From contig CAZXLF010000007.1 of NCBI GenBank assembly GCA_964642015.1, positions 75,964 through 139,963 on the forward strand: DNA of 64,000 nucleotides, written 5' to 3'. The notes under the pieces were generated by a model. The model made no database searches and was not told the origin of the DNA. It was given only the letters and a program-made list of their open reading frames with translations. Below, one piece after another: positions 1 through 9,220 of the stretch (within the stretch, counting starts at the first letter, position 1; every line of letters starts with the position of its first letter). This DNA comes from an uncultured Planctomycetia bacterium. Lineage in GTDB: Bacteria; Omnitrophota; Gorgyraeia; 2-02-FULL-51-18. The position numbers and the translations under genes were made by a program.

Positions 1-1555
1 GATACACATTAAATCTTATAGTATCCGCATCTGGAGCGAGTCGGCTTCCGGTTTCAATAGAATATCTTTGCTCAAGTCTCAGACCATTTTGCAGGTCAAT
101 GTTTAGTCCTGCGATCACGCTTTGAGAAAGGTCCCGCCCTTCAAGTTTCGGCAGATAATCATAATCGAATTGATAACGAAGCGAAGGAACAAAATCCGCA
201 TTCAAGATCCGCTCACGGATACGCATTCCAAAATAACCTGTGTTAGTCAATATAGTATTCTCTTTAATATGATCGTCATCTTCGGATCGGATGCTCCATC
301 CAGTATTGAAGTTTACTTTTTCAACGCGAAACTCATTTTCGATACCGGTCTCATTGCTTAAAAAATCTGTCTGGCCTGACGGGTCATCGTCGGATGTACG
401 CCGGCGCGCTTCCCAATACAATCTCGAATAATAATCTTTCAGAAGCCAATCATCCGATTGCGGCTGCCAATTTACAGCCGCTCTCGGAGACATCGTGATG
501 GTCCGTTTGTTCAGCGTGCTTTTATCCAATTTATCGAAGAATACGCGGTAACCTGCTTCGGAATTCCATTCGCGGTTGAATTTATAATCAAAACGGCTTG
601 TCATGTTCACGCGGTCCGGGACCGCCGAACCGCTCAATGTACCAAAATCCGCACTTACCCATTCATATCCCAGTCTTGCTCTCGCTTTCTTTGAAAATCT
701 CGTATCACTGTTCAAACGAAGTGCCGTGCCTGTTTTCCGATCCACATTACTTCCAATCGACGTATCCGGATCCAACCAGCTCTTAGCCAGTTCAGCGTCA
801 AGGTCCGTATTGCCCCATAGTGCTACTCGGCTATTCACACTGCCTACACGATTAGACGCATCCGCAACGCCACCGGTAGTGTCTATAGTGCTATGATCGT
901 CTTCTGAACCGGAGAAATTGACGCCCAAAACCCAATCTTTGAATACGCCCGACTCTTTTATGAGTTTTGCTTCCGAGCGTCCTCCGTAAACGTACCGAAG
1001 AAAACTTTTTCCGTCATCGTCCCTTTGAGAATAACCGCCCAGACCTTTTAATTCCAAAGTATCTGTTTTATAGACCGCCTGAGCACCGGTCACGGCTTGC
1101 TGCATCGTATATTGCGTCATATCCCCAAAGAAATCTCCGCCCGTAAAATGGACCGTCGTGTTATAAAGCTCAGCGGTCCATCCCAAGAGACGCACGTCTT
1201 TGTGTTTATCGATCTGAGGATCAGGGGTTTGACGCGCATGCAGATCCGCCGTAAAATTCCAGTTGTCGGGAAGAGGGTCTTCAAATCTGAGCCTTAATTC
1301 ATTACTTAAAAAAGCGCCTGGACGAAGCAAAGATTTATCACCGCTTCCGCCTACCCAATGTCTCGCGCCTAAAATAGAATATTCCCCATGAACCACTGGA
1401 ACATATTGAGGAGACGTGGGCGAAGTATCCGTTGACTGCACAGCTGCATTATTCAATTCAGCGGCATGAGCTGAACCAAATGCGCTCTGAATTACAAAAA
1501 GTAAAATATAAATGACGTATTTTTTTAATGGTCCCAATCGATATTCTTCTTGCAT
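1..1555 (-). CDS. Outer-membrane beta-barrel protein, partial; it runs off the window edge and is absent from the ORF track
   Basis: Manual minus-strand translation from ATG 1553-1555 gives MQEEYRLGPLKKYVIYILLFVIQSAFGSAHA (signal peptide), then a long aromatic-rich, alternating-pattern sequence with no stop to position 1. All plus-strand ORFs here are short. Confidence 0.5.
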   Translation of the reverse strand, partial: MQEEYRLGPLKKYVIYILLFVIQSAFGSAHAAELNNAAVQSTDTSPTSPQYVPVVHGEYSILGARHWVGGSGDKSLLRPGAFLSNELRLRFEDPLPDNWNFTADLHARQTPDPQIDKHKDVRLLGWTAELYNTTVHFTGGDFFGDMTQYTMQQAVTGAQAVYKTDTLELKGLGGYSQRDDDGKSFLRYVYGGRSEAKLIKESGVFKDWVLGVNFSGSEDDHSTIDTTGGVADASNRVGSVNSRVALWGNTDLDAELAKSWLDPDTSIGSNVDRKTGTALRLNSDTRFSKKARARLGYEWVSADFGTLSGSAVPDRVNMTSRFDYKFNREWNSEAGYRVFFDKLDKSTLNKRTITMSPRAAVNWQPQSDDWLLKDYYSRLYWEARRRTSDDDPSGQTDFLSNETGIENEFRVEKVNFNTGWSIRSEDDDHIKENTILTNTGYFGMRIRERILNADFVPSLRYQFDYDYLPKLEGRDLSQSVIAGLNIDLQNGLRLEQRYSIETGSRLAPDADTIRFNVY

Positions 1556-1565
1556 TTGGAATTCA

Positions 1566-3176
1566 TTAAGCGCTGACATAACTTTCTACATCACGCGCAG
1601 TAGTGCGGTCGATCACCGCAAATCGATGTTCCGGATCTAAAACATAGGTAAAGGTACCTGTCAGACCGATCGTTCCGAAAGTGATCGTATCTCTCGTGCG
1701 GATCGTCGTCGTTTGGCCTGCATGCAGATCCCCCGTACCGTGAAGCACAGTTCCGGTACGGCTATCTGTGACTTCCATATTTACTCCCATGAGATCAGCA
1801 ACAGGTGCGTTATCCGCGAGGCGTACGTCGATCTGTAATTTAAGAACGTTGATCGGGGGAGAAGAGGCCGGAAAAGTTGTATTTGTGCCTGTATTGAAAA
1901 CCTGCGCATTCGACATTTGAAAATTCACCGGTGTAGATTCGCCGGAAGATGAAGTAGCCGGCTGACCCACAAGGCTCAATGCCGCCTGTTTGGACGCACG
2001 GGTACCGGTATCTTCGATCGTTTCCAGCGCACGAGCGATCGAAGAAGATGCTCCCGATAACGAAGCAATATCCGGAGAACGCGCACCAAATAGCGGATTA
2101 GCGCCACGTTGCGCTTTGAGTTTCAACCTTCCATTCTCATTGACAAAAATGAAGTCAAGATCCGAACCTTTCACATTGAGCTGTTGAGTCAGAGCCGTAG
2201 GAAATAACTGTATATCCCAATCGGCACGCACACGGGACTCCTGCTTTTCATTCTGGATCCGCTTGATGAATAAATTCAATTTAATGCCGTCATAATCCCT
2301 GAAATCGCGTCTTAAAAATTCTTCCATTTCGCCTCTATAAGGATAATCATCCGAGACGCGGGACATGAACGCAGGAAGGTCTTTTGATTCATAAGCTTTA
2401 GCCATTTCTTGAAGCACTTTTTCAGGATCTTCCTGAATCTTCTGAGATGAGGCTTTTATAAAATCTTCCACTTCATCAACATCCTGGACCCTGCCAACTC
2501 GTCCTGTTTTCTCGGCGTTTTTCACGGCGTCGTCAACAGCCGATCCTAATTCATCGCCTTTTTTTATTTCTGCATCGGTCATTTTCTGAGGCGGCTTTGG
2601 CGGTTCTCCTGATTTTTCTACTTGCGTTCGTTCTGACCGATGAAGGGTCGTTGAAATGGATGAGACGTGTCCCTCGCGATCAATGCCAAAAACGTGAACC
2701 TCGGAATCGGAAAAATTAAAAACTTCGGCAGGACTCCCTTCTTTATAGGTCGTGCGGTATTCGGTGCCGCGTACTGTAGCGATCGCTGTAGGTGTATCTA
2801 CTTCAAAACTTGATCCCTTTGGCAACGCTTTTAATTTAGCAAAAACACCGCCGCCGGACATTTCAAGTTTCGTAGGATAGATCGAACGAAGCGTGACTCT
2901 TGAATCTGCTTCTATGCGTGATATATTTTTCCAATTTTTATCATAAGCAATATCCGCGTAGCTGTCCTTACCTACCTCCACGGTTTCATTAGGATTTAAA
3001 ATATCCCCTTCTTTGACAGTACGTTTGGCTCCTTTCTCATCAATAACAGAAACATTGCCGGTGACATCCAATATTTCGCATTGATAAGATTCTGCATACG
3101 CTTTTAAAAAAAATACAAACGGCAAAAAAGACAAAACGACAAAAGAAAGAAAAAATTTTCGGGATAGCAATTTCAT
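1566..3176 (-). CDS. Secreted FecR-domain protein
   Basis: N-terminal signal peptide. A central region (VTLRSIY...ATVRGTEY) resembles the FecR/anti-sigma sensor fold. Charged C-terminal region. Confidence 0.5.
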   Translation of the reverse strand: MKLLSRKFFLSFVVLSFLPFVFFLKAYAESYQCEILDVTGNVSVIDEKGAKRTVKEGDILNPNETVEVGKDSYADIAYDKNWKNISRIEADSRVTLRSIYPTKLEMSGGGVFAKLKALPKGSSFEVDTPTAIATVRGTEYRTTYKEGSPAEVFNFSDSEVHVFGIDREGHVSSISTTLHRSERTQVEKSGEPPKPPQKMTDAEIKKGDELGSAVDDAVKNAEKTGRVGRVQDVDEVEDFIKASSQKIQEDPEKVLQEMAKAYESKDLPAFMSRVSDDYPYRGEMEEFLRRDFRDYDGIKLNLFIKRIQNEKQESRVRADWDIQLFPTALTQQLNVKGSDLDFIFVNENGRLKLKAQRGANPLFGARSPDIASLSGASSSIARALETIEDTGTRASKQAALSLVGQPATSSSGESTPVNFQMSNAQVFNTGTNTTFPASSPPINVLKLQIDVRLADNAPVADLMGVNMEVTDSRTGTVLHGTGDLHAGQTTTIRTRDTITFGTIGLTGTFTYVLDPEHRFAVIDRTTARDVESYVSA

Positions 3177-3360
3177 TTCCTTTATATATTGGAATTGTAC
3201 TGCGTAAAAAATCGATACAAACTCAATTTAAGATTAGAACACATAAAATAGTATAAATCAAGTAGAATTTGTTAAGAATATTATAAAGTATTATAAATTG
3301 AAAATTTTGGAATTAAGATAGAGAATGAAGCAAATTACAAATTACCGGGGACGATCGGTG

Positions 3361-3702
3361 TCAACCAATGGCTACTTTAGAGGTTTCGCCTGTCCGAATT
3401 CGGATGCATTCTTGAAGATCAAGGATAAATATTTTGCCATCGCCGATATTACCGGTCCTGGCGCCTTGAGTGATCGCTTCTATAGTCGGTTTCACGAATT
3501 CTTCATTCACTGCGACCTCAAGCTTTATTTTTTTCAAAAGACTCCCCGCCTCTTTTTGACTGCGATAAACCTGTGAGATGCCTTTTTGCCGGCCGCGGCC
3601 CATGACGTTTGAAACAGTGACAAGATGTATCTCTTCTTTCTCAAGACGATCCAATACTTCATCAAGACGGTCAGGCTGGATGATGGCGACTATATATTTC
3701 AT
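3361..3702 (-). CDS. glnK: Nitrogen regulatory protein P-II
   Basis: 113 aa, MKYIVAIIQPDRLDEV...GDGKIFI pattern typical of GlnB/GlnK. Immediately downstream of amtB. Confidence 0.9.
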   Translation of the reverse strand: MKYIVAIIQPDRLDEVLDRLEKEEIHLVTVSNVMGRGRQKGISQVYRSQKEAGSLLKKIKLEVAVNEEFVKPTIEAITQGARTGNIGDGKIFILDLQECIRIRTGETSKVAIG

Positions 3703-3711
3703 ATTTTCTCC

Positions 3712-4953
3712 TTAATCAAGGACCGTATAACCGGCTTCGCGATGCTGAGTAAGATCCAGACCAATTCGCTCATCCCGTTCTGAAACTTTCAAATTACATA
3801 CTGCGTGCACCAGTTTTAGTAATATGAAAGATACGATAAATGAATAACCTATTGTGATCAAAACCGCTATGGATTGAATTAAAAATTGTTTGGGATTTCC
3901 GTAAAAAAGGCCATTGGCTCCGGCTGGATTGACATTTTTATTCGCCCATAAACCTGTCGCCAAAGCACCCCAGATTCCGCCAATACCATGCACGCCGAAA
4001 GCATCTAATGTGTCGTCGTAACCGAATTTGACTTTTATAACTGCCACGAAAATATAGCAGATCAATGAAACTCCGATTCCTATCCATATCGCATCCATCG
4101 GCGTGACATAGCCGGCCGCCGGCGTGATCGCAACAAGCCCGGCCACAACACCCGTGATCATGCCAAGCATCGTGGCGTGTGAATTGAGTTTCCAATCCAA
4201 AACAGACCAAGTGATCCCTGCCGCGGCCGCAGCAGTATGAGTATTCACGAACGCTCTGACAGCTAAGCCATTGGCGGCGAGCGCGCTTCCGGCGTTAAAT
4301 CCAAACCATCCGAACCACAAAAGTCCCGCTCCTAAAACTGCGAATGGAAGATTATGAGGCGGTGATATCTTCTCCGGATAACCCTGACGTCTTCCGAGCA
4401 CCAGTGCCGAAGCCAAAGCGGCCATTCCGGCATTGATGTGCACCACAGTTCCTCCTGCAAAATCCAAAGCACCTTGTCCGTGCAAAAATCCCTTCACATT
4501 CCAAACCCAATGACAGACAGGATCATAAACTAATGTTGCCCATAGCACGGAAAAAAGACAAAACGCACTGAATTTCATTCTCTCTGCATAAGCGCCCAAT
4601 ATAAGTGCAGGAGTGATTACAGCAAACATTGCTTGAAACGCCATGAACGCCAGATGAGGGATCGTGGCCGCATAATCAGGATTAGGTTCTATCCCTACAC
4701 CTCTTAAACCGGCCCAAGAAAGATCGCCGATAAACCCTTTGATGTCAGGTCCAAATGAAAGACTATAACCAAAAAGGATCCATTGAATACTTACCACACA
4801 CAGGATCATAAAGCACTGCATCAATATCGATAGAATATTTTTTCTTCGGACCAAACCTCCGTAAAAAAAAGCCAAGCCCGGCGTCATAAGCATGACAAGA
4901 GCTGCGCTTATCAATACCCAGGCTGTATCGCCTGCATTCACGATATTCGGCAT
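3712..4953 (-). CDS. amtB: Ammonium transporter Amt
   Basis: 413 aa, 11 TM-like segments, Amt family motifs (DFAGGTVVHINAG). Paired with P-II. Confidence 0.9.
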   Translation of the reverse strand: MPNIVNAGDTAWVLISAALVMLMTPGLAFFYGGLVRRKNILSILMQCFMILCVVSIQWILFGYSLSFGPDIKGFIGDLSWAGLRGVGIEPNPDYAATIPHLAFMAFQAMFAVITPALILGAYAERMKFSAFCLFSVLWATLVYDPVCHWVWNVKGFLHGQGALDFAGGTVVHINAGMAALASALVLGRRQGYPEKISPPHNLPFAVLGAGLLWFGWFGFNAGSALAANGLAVRAFVNTHTAAAAAGITWSVLDWKLNSHATMLGMITGVVAGLVAITPAAGYVTPMDAIWIGIGVSLICYIFVAVIKVKFGYDDTLDAFGVHGIGGIWGALATGLWANKNVNPAGANGLFYGNPKQFLIQSIAVLITIGYSFIVSFILLKLVHAVCNLKVSERDERIGLDLTQHREAGYTVLD

Positions 4954-5054
4954 TTGATTTACCCTTTTGTTCTACTAAGAATTGGTACTTCCTTTATGTT
5001 ACAAATATGTTACATAAATATAGATTGGATAGTCTCTATATGTCCATCTATTTT

Positions 5055-6206
5055 TTACGATTTTACGGAATGGATTAAAAAATGACTATCTGAGGATTTT
5101 TTCGACTGAAAATTATATTTTAATGACGCGCCGAAGGCGGAAAATCCGGCGCCGAAAGAAAAAAGGATCAATGAATCGCTATCTTTTAACTGATCTTGAT
5201 CCGTGATCTCTTTTAAAACATACAAAACGCTGGGTGAGGACATATTACCGAAATTCCTTAAAATTTTCCTTGAAGCCGCCATATCCGCATCACGCAATGA
5301 AAGAACGGATTGGATCTTATCAAGGATTTTTCTTCCGCCGGGGTGAAATGCGTAGTGATCAAAAGGTTTGTTTTGTCTCCCGGCCAATTTTCCATAAAGT
5401 TCGCTGACCGCTTTTGAAGCAATCTCAGGGACCTTTGCGCCGATCACGTTGCGAAGCCGACCGTTTTCATACCGAAAACGAAGATCATCCCTATATTCGG
5501 GCCAAAGTATGGATTCAAAAGCCTCAAGTCGAAAGCCTTCCTCTTCGGGAAGATTCCCTAAAATACAAGCGGCCGCACCGTCCGAGAAAATACAATTTGA
5601 AAGAACAAGATCTACATCATCGCCCCAGGTGATCGCCGCAGAACACACTTCAACACACAACACTAAAACATGATGACCTGGATGTGTTTTTAAATAATTA
5701 TCCGCGGCTTTCAGGGCCGGGATCGAAGCAGCACATCCGATACCTACAAGATCAAGCGCATAAATATTTTTTCTTAATCCAACGGCTTCTGAAATATAGG
5801 AAGTTAATCCCGGACAAAGGTATCCAGTGCACGTCGTGACGATCAAACCATCTATCGAACTTGCCGGAAAATTCGCTTTTCCGAGACATTTTTTAACTGC
5901 AGACGTGCCCATTTCAGTGGCAACTTTTTCGAAACGTTTCGAAGATTCGTCCGCGCTTTCAAGATCCACGATGCCCAACCCATCCATCCCAAAATGGCGG
6001 GATTCAATACCCGGATCCAAAAGAAAACGCCGATAAAATGAAAGGATCTTCTCAGAAATGTCTGATTTTCCCGAAACATGATCCAAAGCTTTTTCTTGCA
6101 AACATTGAAACGACGGATTCGCCGTTTCTATCGTAAGGATCTTGGAATGATTCATTGAAAATTTATCCTTCTTCGTGTTTGAGACTTTTAACAGTGACAC
6201 GGTCAA
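5055..6206 (-). CDS. Type III polyketide synthase (chalcone/stilbene synthase family); the true start is probably the internal Met at 6155 (MNHSKILTIETANP)
   Basis: CTGYLCPG, GIGCAASIPALKAADNY (active-site Cys context) and GFGxG C-terminal signature of CHS-like enzymes. Confidence 0.7.
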   Translation of the reverse strand: MTVSLLKVSNTKKDKFSMNHSKILTIETANPSFQCLQEKALDHVSGKSDISEKILSFYRRFLLDPGIESRHFGMDGLGIVDLESADESSKRFEKVATEMGTSAVKKCLGKANFPASSIDGLIVTTCTGYLCPGLTSYISEAVGLRKNIYALDLVGIGCAASIPALKAADNYLKTHPGHHVLVLCVEVCSAAITWGDDVDLVLSNCIFSDGAAACILGNLPEEEGFRLEAFESILWPEYRDDLRFRYENGRLRNVIGAKVPEIASKAVSELYGKLAGRQNKPFDHYAFHPGGRKILDKIQSVLSLRDADMAASRKILRNFGNMSSPSVLYVLKEITDQDQLKDSDSLILFSFGAGFSAFGASLKYNFQSKKSSDSHFLIHSVKS

Positions 6207-6747
6207 TATACGAAAAATCTTCCGTATCCACTTTCACCGTCTCACCGACGTTAACGAATTGCGGTGCTAAGATTTTCAGGCCGTTCTCAAGCTCGACTTC
6301 TTTATATGTGGAATTATCCCGCCCTTTTTGTCCCGGAGGGGCGCTTGTCACTTTGAGTTCTACGGTTTTTGGAAAATCAATCGTCAACGCGCGCCCGTCG
6401 GAGAAGATCGCGTTCATTTCGGTATTCTCCTTCAAGAACACCTCTTGTTTTCCGATCACCGAAGCCGGAAGTGTGACTTCTTCGTAATTTTCATTGTTCA
6501 TGAACGCAAATACATCACCGCTTTTATAGAGGTACTGAAGTTTCACATGCTGGATATCAACGTCTTCGGCTTTTTCTTCGGCGCGAAAAGCTTTTTCTAT
6601 CAAATGGCCATCGGAAAGACTTTTTAGTTTTAGGTGGACAGTCTTTCCGAATTTACCGGTGCCTTTCATTTCTTGCAAGATGACTTTACAAATGGCACCG
6701 TCTACTTTGAGTATATTCCCCAGTCGAATTTCAGTCGCATCAATCAT
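6163..6747 (-). CDS. efp: Elongation factor P
   Basis: 194 aa, N-terminal KOW-like motif (NILKVDGAICKV...KGTGKFGKTV) and EF-P length. Confidence 0.85.
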   Translation of the reverse strand: MIDATEIRLGNILKVDGAICKVILQEMKGTGKFGKTVHLKLKSLSDGHLIEKAFRAEEKAEDVDIQHVKLQYLYKSGDVFAFMNNENYEEVTLPASVIGKQEVFLKENTEMNAIFSDGRALTIDFPKTVELKVTSAPPGQKGRDNSTYKEVELENGLKILAPQFVNVGETVKVDTEDFSYIDRVTVKSLKHEEG

Positions 6748-6809
6748 ATGAGCTCCTTGAAATCAGGAATGGTTTTTAAAGGATTATAGCACAGACCCTG
6801 TCCGGTATT

Positions 6810-7538
6810 TCAAAAGGAAATAGTCACATGCGTGCCGACGATCTGATCGGAAGACCAGTCGTTTGCGCGTTTCAGAGCTTGCAGCATGTAAAAAATCTTG
6901 AGACTCACGTTACCGCTTATCTTGAAATCAACGCCGACCGGAATAAAACGGTTCTCAGTGATCTTTTCAGCTCTAAAGTCATAAAAATATTCATCATTTA
7001 GATAAAACCCTTTGAACAAAGCGGTATTCTTAAGCGGGAAATATAATTCAAGGAGCTGGCGAAAGCGGGTATTGTCCGAACCTTGATCCTCGATCCAGCG
7101 GAATTCCACGCGGTTGCGATTCTTGATATCCAGCCAATCGGTCAAACTCCAATGCGGATTCATTTCAAGTTCAAGACGATGCTGGTATTTGAATTGATCT
7201 TCCGTGGTGCTGCTTGAAACTTTGTTCTCAAGGTATGTGTAGTTCAGTCCAAGATCCAAATATTCTAGCCAATGGTAAGCCATCTGTTCGCTGATCAAGT
7301 AAAAACGCGCTTCACCAGCGTCCTCCATCATTCTCCCTTCTCCGTAAGTCGCCAGACTGAATTTATCATTATCCAAAGTCTTCAATGTCGCTCTGGACCA
7401 ATATTGGAAATCATCCGAAGCAAACACGCTAGTATTATTTGAACAAAAAAATAACATGATCCAAAGGATTGGTATGAAAAAAATATGTATTTTTTTAGAC
7501 ACTAAGAACCCGCGCGATGAAAAAATTATAACCCGCAA
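6810..7538 (-). CDS. Hypothetical secreted/outer-membrane protein (possibly DUF2490-like)
   Basis: Signal-like N-terminus; Trp/Tyr-rich alternating pattern. Confidence 0.35.
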   Translation of the reverse strand: MRVIIFSSRGFLVSKKIHIFFIPILWIMLFFCSNNTSVFASDDFQYWSRATLKTLDNDKFSLATYGEGRMMEDAGEARFYLISEQMAYHWLEYLDLGLNYTYLENKVSSSTTEDQFKYQHRLELEMNPHWSLTDWLDIKNRNRVEFRWIEDQGSDNTRFRQLLELYFPLKNTALFKGFYLNDEYFYDFRAEKITENRFIPVGVDFKISGNVSLKIFYMLQALKRANDWSSDQIVGTHVTISF

Positions 7539-8868
7539 GGATGAAAAAGACTGCGATCAAAACAATCAAAATCCCTGACTTCAGCATGTCTTTCACAGAA
7601 ATGGCATTCGTTGAAAATGCCAACGCATTCGAAGGTGTCGAGATCGGCAGGATCATATCAAATGAACATGACAGCGCCACGATTACGGCGAGCAGAAGTT
7701 TATTCGCTCCGGGAATGCTCATCGCAAGCGGCACGATGAGGTTCGCAGTCGCTGTATTGCTAATGAAGAAAGACACAAGCACCGTAAGCAAACAAAAAGT
7801 TGCCACAAGAGCAAATCCCTGGGTATCAAAAAACGGCAGTCCCACGATCCATTTGCCAAGCTCACTGACTTCCATCGCTCTACCGAGCGCCAGACCTCCC
7901 CACATCAAGATCAGGATGTCCCAATGAATAGAGTTAATGTCCTCGCGTTTTAAGAAGCCGAGACCGGCAAAAAGTCCCACTGATAAAAGAGAAACGACCG
8001 ATTCGGGTATTTTGTGCCAAGTAGAGGTAAGCCATAGGACGATCGTCAAGACCGCAATAGCGATGGCACCTTTCGCGTGCGGTTTCAACGTTTCTTCAGA
8101 ACCAAATGAGATCAAAAGTTTTTTATGTTTTGCCGGAAACATGAAATAAAGAATCACGCTCGCGATCAAAAGCAGGACAAGCGCCAAAGGGATTGCCATC
8201 ATCATCCATGAAAGAAAACGGATCCTGATACCCTCTTCAGCCAAAATACCTATCGCGATCGCGTTCGGCGGAGTGCCGACAGGCGTACCTATGCCTCCTA
8301 TATTTGCCGCAAAAGGGATCGAGAGCACCAGCGCCTTTTTAAAAGCATCATCTTCTTCCAAGCGAGAGACCACCGGCATGATGATCGCAAGCATCAGAGC
8401 CGTTGATGCGGTATGCGACATCCACAAAGAAAGAAATCCGGTCGTTAAAATAAAACCAAGCAGAATAAAATAAGGTTTGTCTCCGAAAAATCTAAGAAGC
8501 CGGGTCACAAGAACCCTGTCAACTGCGTACTTCTGCATTATTTTCGCCAGCACAAAACCGCCGAGGAAAAGCATAATCACAGGATTCGAAAGAGGCAGTA
8601 AGAATATCTGATAACCATTCTCGTCCATCCCCAGAATGCCGCCGGGTTTTGACAATGAAAATATCAAAAGCAGAATCACAACGAACGAGGTCGCAAAAAG
8701 CGGAATGATCTCAAACGCCCAGAAAAAAGCCGCTAAAATGAAAACGGCTGCTGTCCTTCTGGCTGCTTCGGGACAGCTTTGAGGAAGCGCCAGATAAACC
8801 GCCAATGCAGCGAGACTCGCAAGCAAAGCGATCCATATTTTTTTATTTAGCTTTGGATATTGAGCCAA
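7495..8868 (-). CDS. SLC13/DASS-family anion (sulfate/dicarboxylate) symporter
   Basis: 457 aa, polytopic. Duplicated hairpin-like motifs (SNTATANLIVP; GTPPNAIA) typical of ArsB/NhaD-superfamily DASS transporters. Confidence 0.7.
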   Translation of the reverse strand: MAQYPKLNKKIWIALLASLAALAVYLALPQSCPEAARRTAAVFILAAFFWAFEIIPLFATSFVVILLLIFSLSKPGGILGMDENGYQIFLLPLSNPVIMLFLGGFVLAKIMQKYAVDRVLVTRLLRFFGDKPYFILLGFILTTGFLSLWMSHTASTALMLAIIMPVVSRLEEDDAFKKALVLSIPFAANIGGIGTPVGTPPNAIAIGILAEEGIRIRFLSWMMMAIPLALVLLLIASVILYFMFPAKHKKLLISFGSEETLKPHAKGAIAIAVLTIVLWLTSTWHKIPESVVSLLSVGLFAGLGFLKREDINSIHWDILILMWGGLALGRAMEVSELGKWIVGLPFFDTQGFALVATFCLLTVLVSFFISNTATANLIVPLAMSIPGANKLLLAVIVALSCSFDMILPISTPSNALAFSTNAISVKDMLKSGILIVLIAVFFILAGYNFFIARVLSV

Positions 8869-8895
8869 TTTACGACGCCTGCTGATCTGTCGGCA

Positions 8896-9027
8896 TCATT
8901 TTTGGGAAACATTCTGCGCAGAATGCGCGGGTGCATGAACAAATTTATTATAAAAATAAGGGGCCGCAAAAATAAGAACGATCAGCACAACGATAAAGAT
9001 CACCGTCAAACTGCTTTTCCTGGCCAT
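8896..9027 (-). CDS. Possible 43-aa single-TM leader peptide upstream of the transporter (low confidence)
   Basis: ATG preceded by AAGGAGAA at 5-nt spacing. Translation MARKSSLTVIFIVVLIVLIFAAPYFYNKFVHAPAHSAQNVSQK. Confidence 0.25.
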   Translation of the reverse strand: MARKSSLTVIFIVVLIVLIFAAPYFYNKFVHAPAHSAQNVSQK

Positions 9028-9220
9028 CTGTTCTCCTTAATTGTTTTTTCATTATATCTTAGAAAATAAAGATAATCTATCCATGCGATTAGGCCATGTT
9101 TTAACACAGCAAATATTCAAGTCCATTGAAGCGAACGACATCGCGAAATAAGTTTCGATTTATAATAAGATACTTTCTGCGCGAATGGATTGTGGAGTCG
9201 ATCGGGTCAAAATACCGCGT

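Noticed and set aside
122-1297. Plus-strand ORFs at the window start
   Set aside because: They are antisense to a continuous more-than-500-codon minus-strand barrel-protein ORF that the track missed only because it has no stop inside the window.
3938-4210. Cys/His-rich 90-aa ORF inside amtB
   Set aside because: It is an alternative frame of a confident transporter gene.
4954-5055. Sigma54 (TGGCAC-N5-TTGCA) promoter for amtB
   Set aside because: No match on the minus-strand upstream region despite the nitrogen-regulated context.
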